36,903 nucleotides of DNA, taken from positions 1 to 36,903 of the forward strand of contig JAZKDV010000162.1 in the NCBI GenBank assembly GCA_040387395.1, in the 5' to 3' direction. Shown here piece by piece: positions 33,559 through 36,903 of the stretch. A model generated the notes under the pieces. That model was given only the letters and a program-made list of their open reading frames with translations. It was not told the origin of the DNA and searched no databases. The DNA is from Pseudomonadota bacterium (GTDB lineage Bacteria > Pseudomonadota > Alphaproteobacteria > Micropepsales > Micropepsaceae). The position numbers and the translations under genes are program-made. The number at the start of each line of letters is the position of its first letter. Position 1 is the first letter of the stretch.

Positions 33559-35046
33559 ATGAGCGCCGCCTATCAATCCGGCCTGAAGCTGTCGTCACAG
33601 GGACGGCATGTGGAAGCCATCGCCCAGTATGAACAGGCATTGGCGGCCAAGCCGGACGACACCAAGGTGCTGTTCGCGCTGGGCAATACCGCCCAGGCGC
33701 TGGGTTTGGGCGACGCCGCCCAGCAATTCTATCGCCAGGTGCTGGCGCTGGAGCCCGCCCGGCTGGAAGCCCTGGTCAATCTCGCCAATATCTTGCGCAC
33801 CGCCGGCCAGTTCGATGCGGCGATTGCCTTGCTGGAGCCGGCCGTAGCCCGCGCCCCCGAAAGCCCGGAGCTGCACCTGACCTTAGGATCGGCGCGGCGC
33901 GAAAAGGGCGAGGACGAGGCGGCGATATTCCACTACCGCGCCGCGCTGGCGATCCATCCGACTTACGCCCCCGCGCTGGCCAACCTGGCCGACATGCTGT
34001 GCGACGCGGGCGACCGCGTGCAGGCCCGAACACTGTACGATGCCGCCATCAAGGCCGAACCCCGCAACCCGCAAGCGCGGCTGAACCGGGCGGTTCTGCA
34101 TCTGCTGAACGGTGATCTGAAAGAGGGCTGGCGCGACTATGCCGCGCGGGCCGAAGTGCCGGGCAAGGTGCCCAGCATCGGCGGTGAACAGCGTTTGGTC
34201 CCTTGGACCGGCGGACCCTTGAAGCGCACGCGCCTTTTGGTGCGCGCCGAACAGGGCGTGGGCGACCAGATCCTGTTCGCCAGCGTGATTCCCGATCTCG
34301 CCGCCCGCGCCAGGGCCGAAGGCGGCAGCATCGTGATGGAATGCGAGCCCCGTCTGGTCGCGCTGTTCGCCCGTTCCTTTCCCGACATCACGGTCCGGCC
34401 GTCGGTGATTCGAGAGCTCGGCGGCGCGCCTATAGCGGATTATGGCTGGCTGAAATCCGCCGGCGGCGCCAATGCCGCGATCCTGATGGGCAGCCTGCCG
34501 CGCATCCTGCGCGGCACCATCGAGGCCTTTCCCAATCCGCACGCCTTCCTGGTACCGGACGCAGGCGAAGTGGCCCATTGGAAATCACAATTCGGCGAAG
34601 GCGCGGTCGGCTTGTGCTGGCGCAGCGGCAAGCTGGGCGGCCACCGCTCGATCCAATTCGCCTCGCTGGCCGCCTGGGGAGAGTTTCTCCGCGGCCTGGA
34701 TCGCAATTTTGTCTGCGTGCAGTACGACGCCAGCGCCGAAGAAGTGGCCGAACTGGAAAAGCTGAGCGGCCGCAAGATCTTTGTGCCGCAAGGCATCGAC
34801 CAGAAGAATGAACTCGACCGCACGGCCGCGCTGATAGCGGCTCTGAGTGATGTCATCACCGCCCCCACCGCCGTGTCCTGGCTTTCGGCCGGCGTGGGCA
34901 CCCGCACCTTCAAGATGCTGTACAACACCAGCTGGATGGCCCTGGGCCAGAGCTATGAGCCTTTCGCGCCATCCTGTGAATGTGTGATGCCGCAGGAACG
35001 CGGCGACTGGTCCGACGTCTTCGCGCAGGTCAAAGCGAAATTCTAG
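33559..35046 (+). CDS. flmG: TPR-GT-B glycosyltransferase, FlmG/FlbA-like flagellin glycosyltransferase
   Basis: About 5 N-terminal TPRs then EQGVGDQILFAS, CEPRLVALFARSFP, MGSLP, GLCWRS, VQY, LDRTAALIAALSDVI; CtrA box; adjacent nonulosonic-acid genes. Confidence 0.7.
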   Translation: MSAAYQSGLKLSSQGRHVEAIAQYEQALAAKPDDTKVLFALGNTAQALGLGDAAQQFYRQVLALEPARLEALVNLANILRTAGQFDAAIALLEPAVARAPESPELHLTLGSARREKGEDEAAIFHYRAALAIHPTYAPALANLADMLCDAGDRVQARTLYDAAIKAEPRNPQARLNRAVLHLLNGDLKEGWRDYAARAEVPGKVPSIGGEQRLVPWTGGPLKRTRLLVRAEQGVGDQILFASVIPDLAARARAEGGSIVMECEPRLVALFARSFPDITVRPSVIRELGGAPIADYGWLKSAGGANAAILMGSLPRILRGTIEAFPNPHAFLVPDAGEVAHWKSQFGEGAVGLCWRSGKLGGHRSIQFASLAAWGEFLRGLDRNFVCVQYDASAEEVAELEKLSGRKIFVPQGIDQKNELDRTAALIAALSDVITAPTAVSWLSAGVGTRTFKMLYNTSWMALGQSYEPFAPSCECVMPQERGDWSDVFAQVKAKF

Positions 35047-36842
35047 AGCGCGGCTTTCAGCGGCTCACGCGCAACCGCCAAAGCCGCCGACAGGTCGGCC
35101 GCAATGCGCGCCGCGCCCTGCCCGTCCATCAGCGACAGACCGACATTGCGCATCTCGCGCCGTGCCGCCGGCTTGTTCAGCAGCCATTGCACCGAGCGCA
35201 GGATGTCTTCATCCGACGCCTTGTCCATCGTGCCCAGCGAGAGGCCCATGCCGGCATCGGCAAAGGCGGACGCGGACGCCGCATGATCTTCGGTCAGGCC
35301 CAGATAGATCGCCGGAACGCCGCAAGCCGCCAGTTCGTAGGCGGTGACGCCAAAGGCGCAGAGCGCGACATCGGCGCTGGCATAGGCGGTGGACAGGTCG
35401 TCGGCGCCCTCCACCGTCTCATAATTCTTTTTCAGCGACACTAGGCGGCGGGCCACGGCGGAGCCGTCCTTCATCCCGGTGCCGATGACGAAGCGCACGC
35501 GGAATACCGAATCCAGCGGTCCCAGCGCCTTGGCCATGCGCAAAGTCAGGCCAAAGGGATCACTGCCGCCCATCGCCACCAGCAGGGTGGGCAGCGAAGA
35601 CGGCGCACGCGCCGCGCCGGTGCCCGGACCCATCCCCAGCAGCGACCATTCCCATCCCAGGCGCGGCAGGGTGTTGGAGCCCGTCCAGTCCAGCGCCTTG
35701 GCGCCCGGCACCGGCGGATAATAGGCATAGTCGGCAGCCAGGCGGCGGTCGTGGCCGTCATCGATCACGGCCGTGACCGACACGCCGCGCTTGAGCTTTT
35801 CCAGTTCGGCGCGGCCAGGGCCTTCGCGGCCATCCAGCAGGAAAATGTCAGGACTGTTGGCGTCGATCAGGGTTTCGAGGTCGGAGGCGCCATGCAGCAT
35901 GGCGGTCTGGAATCCGGCGCGGCGGATGGGCGTGGCGGCGTCCTCGCTGCCATTGAGCGCGAAGATCGCGCCAATGCCTTCGCGGTCGCGCAAGGCGCGC
36001 GCCAGCGCCACCATGCGCTTGACATGGCCATAGCCGAACTTGCCGCCGCCATCGCAGCGGATCAACGCCAGCCCGCCCGACATGCGGATCGATTTCTGGC
36101 GCACATGGGCGTTGATCTGGTTCAGTTCCGGCTCGCGTTCCAGCAGCAGCAACAGGTCGGCCAGCGAGGCCTCGCCGGCCCTGGCCGTCAGCCGGGCGTG
36201 CACCGCTTCGATAAAGGCGAGATCGTCCGGCGTGTCGATGGTGAAGCGGCCGCCCTTTTTCGCCAGCGACGGATAGGGCGCGGCGCGCACGATCTTCACG
36301 AAATCGGGATGCAGCTTGAAATAGCCGGTGACGTGCTCGCGCGCTGCCGGATCATGGGCGGCATCCATCATCAACCGGTCCAGAGCGCGGCGGCTGAAGG
36401 GATCGACGCCTTCATGGGCGCATTCCGCGCCTTCTTCCAGCAGCACATAATCGCCGTCCTGCTCGATCAGCGTGGCGATCAGGTGATCGACGAAACCGGC
36501 ATCGATAAAGGGCGCGTCCGACGAGACGCGGACGATAAGATCGGCATCCAGCTTTTCGGCCGCGCCTGCATAGCGCGCCAGCACATCGTCTTCCGGACCG
36601 CGCACCACAATGACGTTGTTGGCGTTGCACCATTCGACAATCGCCTCATCGGCGGGATTGGTGGTGGTGGCGACCGCGATGTCTTCCAGCAGCCGGCATT
36701 TCTTGAGCCGGTGAACGATATGCCACAGCAGCGGCTGGCCGGCGATGGGCTTGAGCACCTTGCCGGGCAGGCGTGTCGACCCCATGCGGGCCTGGATCAC
36801 CGCTACGACACGGATGTTTTCACGGGCGAAAGTCGCGCTCAC
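35043..36842 (-). CDS. Fused SpsF/PseF-type cytidylyltransferase and PseG-type UDP-sugar hydrolase (FlmC-FlmD-like)
   Basis: N-terminal IQARMGSTRLPGKVL, GPEDDVLARY, REHVT.Y, TIDTPDDL; C-terminal RCDGG..FGYGHVKRMVALA, MGGSDP, FGVTAYELAACGVP, DGQGAARIA. Confidence 0.85.
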   Translation of the reverse strand: MSATFARENIRVVAVIQARMGSTRLPGKVLKPIAGQPLLWHIVHRLKKCRLLEDIAVATTTNPADEAIVEWCNANNVIVVRGPEDDVLARYAGAAEKLDADLIVRVSSDAPFIDAGFVDHLIATLIEQDGDYVLLEEGAECAHEGVDPFSRRALDRLMMDAAHDPAAREHVTGYFKLHPDFVKIVRAAPYPSLAKKGGRFTIDTPDDLAFIEAVHARLTARAGEASLADLLLLLEREPELNQINAHVRQKSIRMSGGLALIRCDGGGKFGYGHVKRMVALARALRDREGIGAIFALNGSEDAATPIRRAGFQTAMLHGASDLETLIDANSPDIFLLDGREGPGRAELEKLKRGVSVTAVIDDGHDRRLAADYAYYPPVPGAKALDWTGSNTLPRLGWEWSLLGMGPGTGAARAPSSLPTLLVAMGGSDPFGLTLRMAKALGPLDSVFRVRFVIGTGMKDGSAVARRLVSLKKNYETVEGADDLSTAYASADVALCAFGVTAYELAACGVPAIYLGLTEDHAASASAFADAGMGLSLGTMDKASDEDILRSVQWLLNKPAARREMRNVGLSLMDGQGAARIAADLSAALAVAREPLKAAL

Positions 36843-36903
36843 GCTGCTTCGCCCTTATAGGCCATGCGGATGTGCCTCAGCGGGCGCATGCCGTCGGCGG
36901 GAT
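36839..36903 (-). CDS. 3' end of an upstream gene cut by the window edge (possibly a NeuB/PseI-type synthase)
   Basis: Reads ...PADGMRPLRHIRMAYKGEAA* with the stop overlapping the GTG of the next gene (GTGA); product guessed from context only. Confidence 0.35.
   Translation of the reverse strand, partial: PADGMRPLRHIRMAYKGEAA

Overview
High-GC chromosomal window from an alphaproteobacterium with a Caulobacter/Bradyrhizobium-type flagellar hierarchy (CtrA boxes, sigma-54/FlbD-type promoters); finer taxonomy cannot be fixed from sequence alone. In order: a secreted endostatin/lectin-like protein; an envelope module (DUF3034-like protein, signal-peptide-bearing group I truncated hemoglobin, two cupredoxins, PleC/DivJ-like histidine kinase); tRNA-fMet; dksA with a duplicated 3' end; flgFGAH divergent from fliL-fliM-(pflI-like)-motE-large TPR protein; the housekeeping gpmI-envC-ctpA-polysaccharide deacetylase-rppH-hydrolase run; a co-oriented array of five paralogous 2OG-Fe(II) oxygenases plus a TPR-fused 2OG-Fe(II) oxygenase; an MFS transporter; flgI-flgJ-flbY; two palindromic intergenic elements; a FlaEY-like beta-propeller protein; a FlmG-like TPR-glycosyltransferase; and a fused PseF/SpsF-PseG enzyme. 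The best candidates for an undescribed system are the six-oxygenase/TPR array between the two flagellar blocks and the periplasmic globin-cupredoxin-kinase module with CtrA boxes. All family calls come from motif recognition by eye, not database searches.
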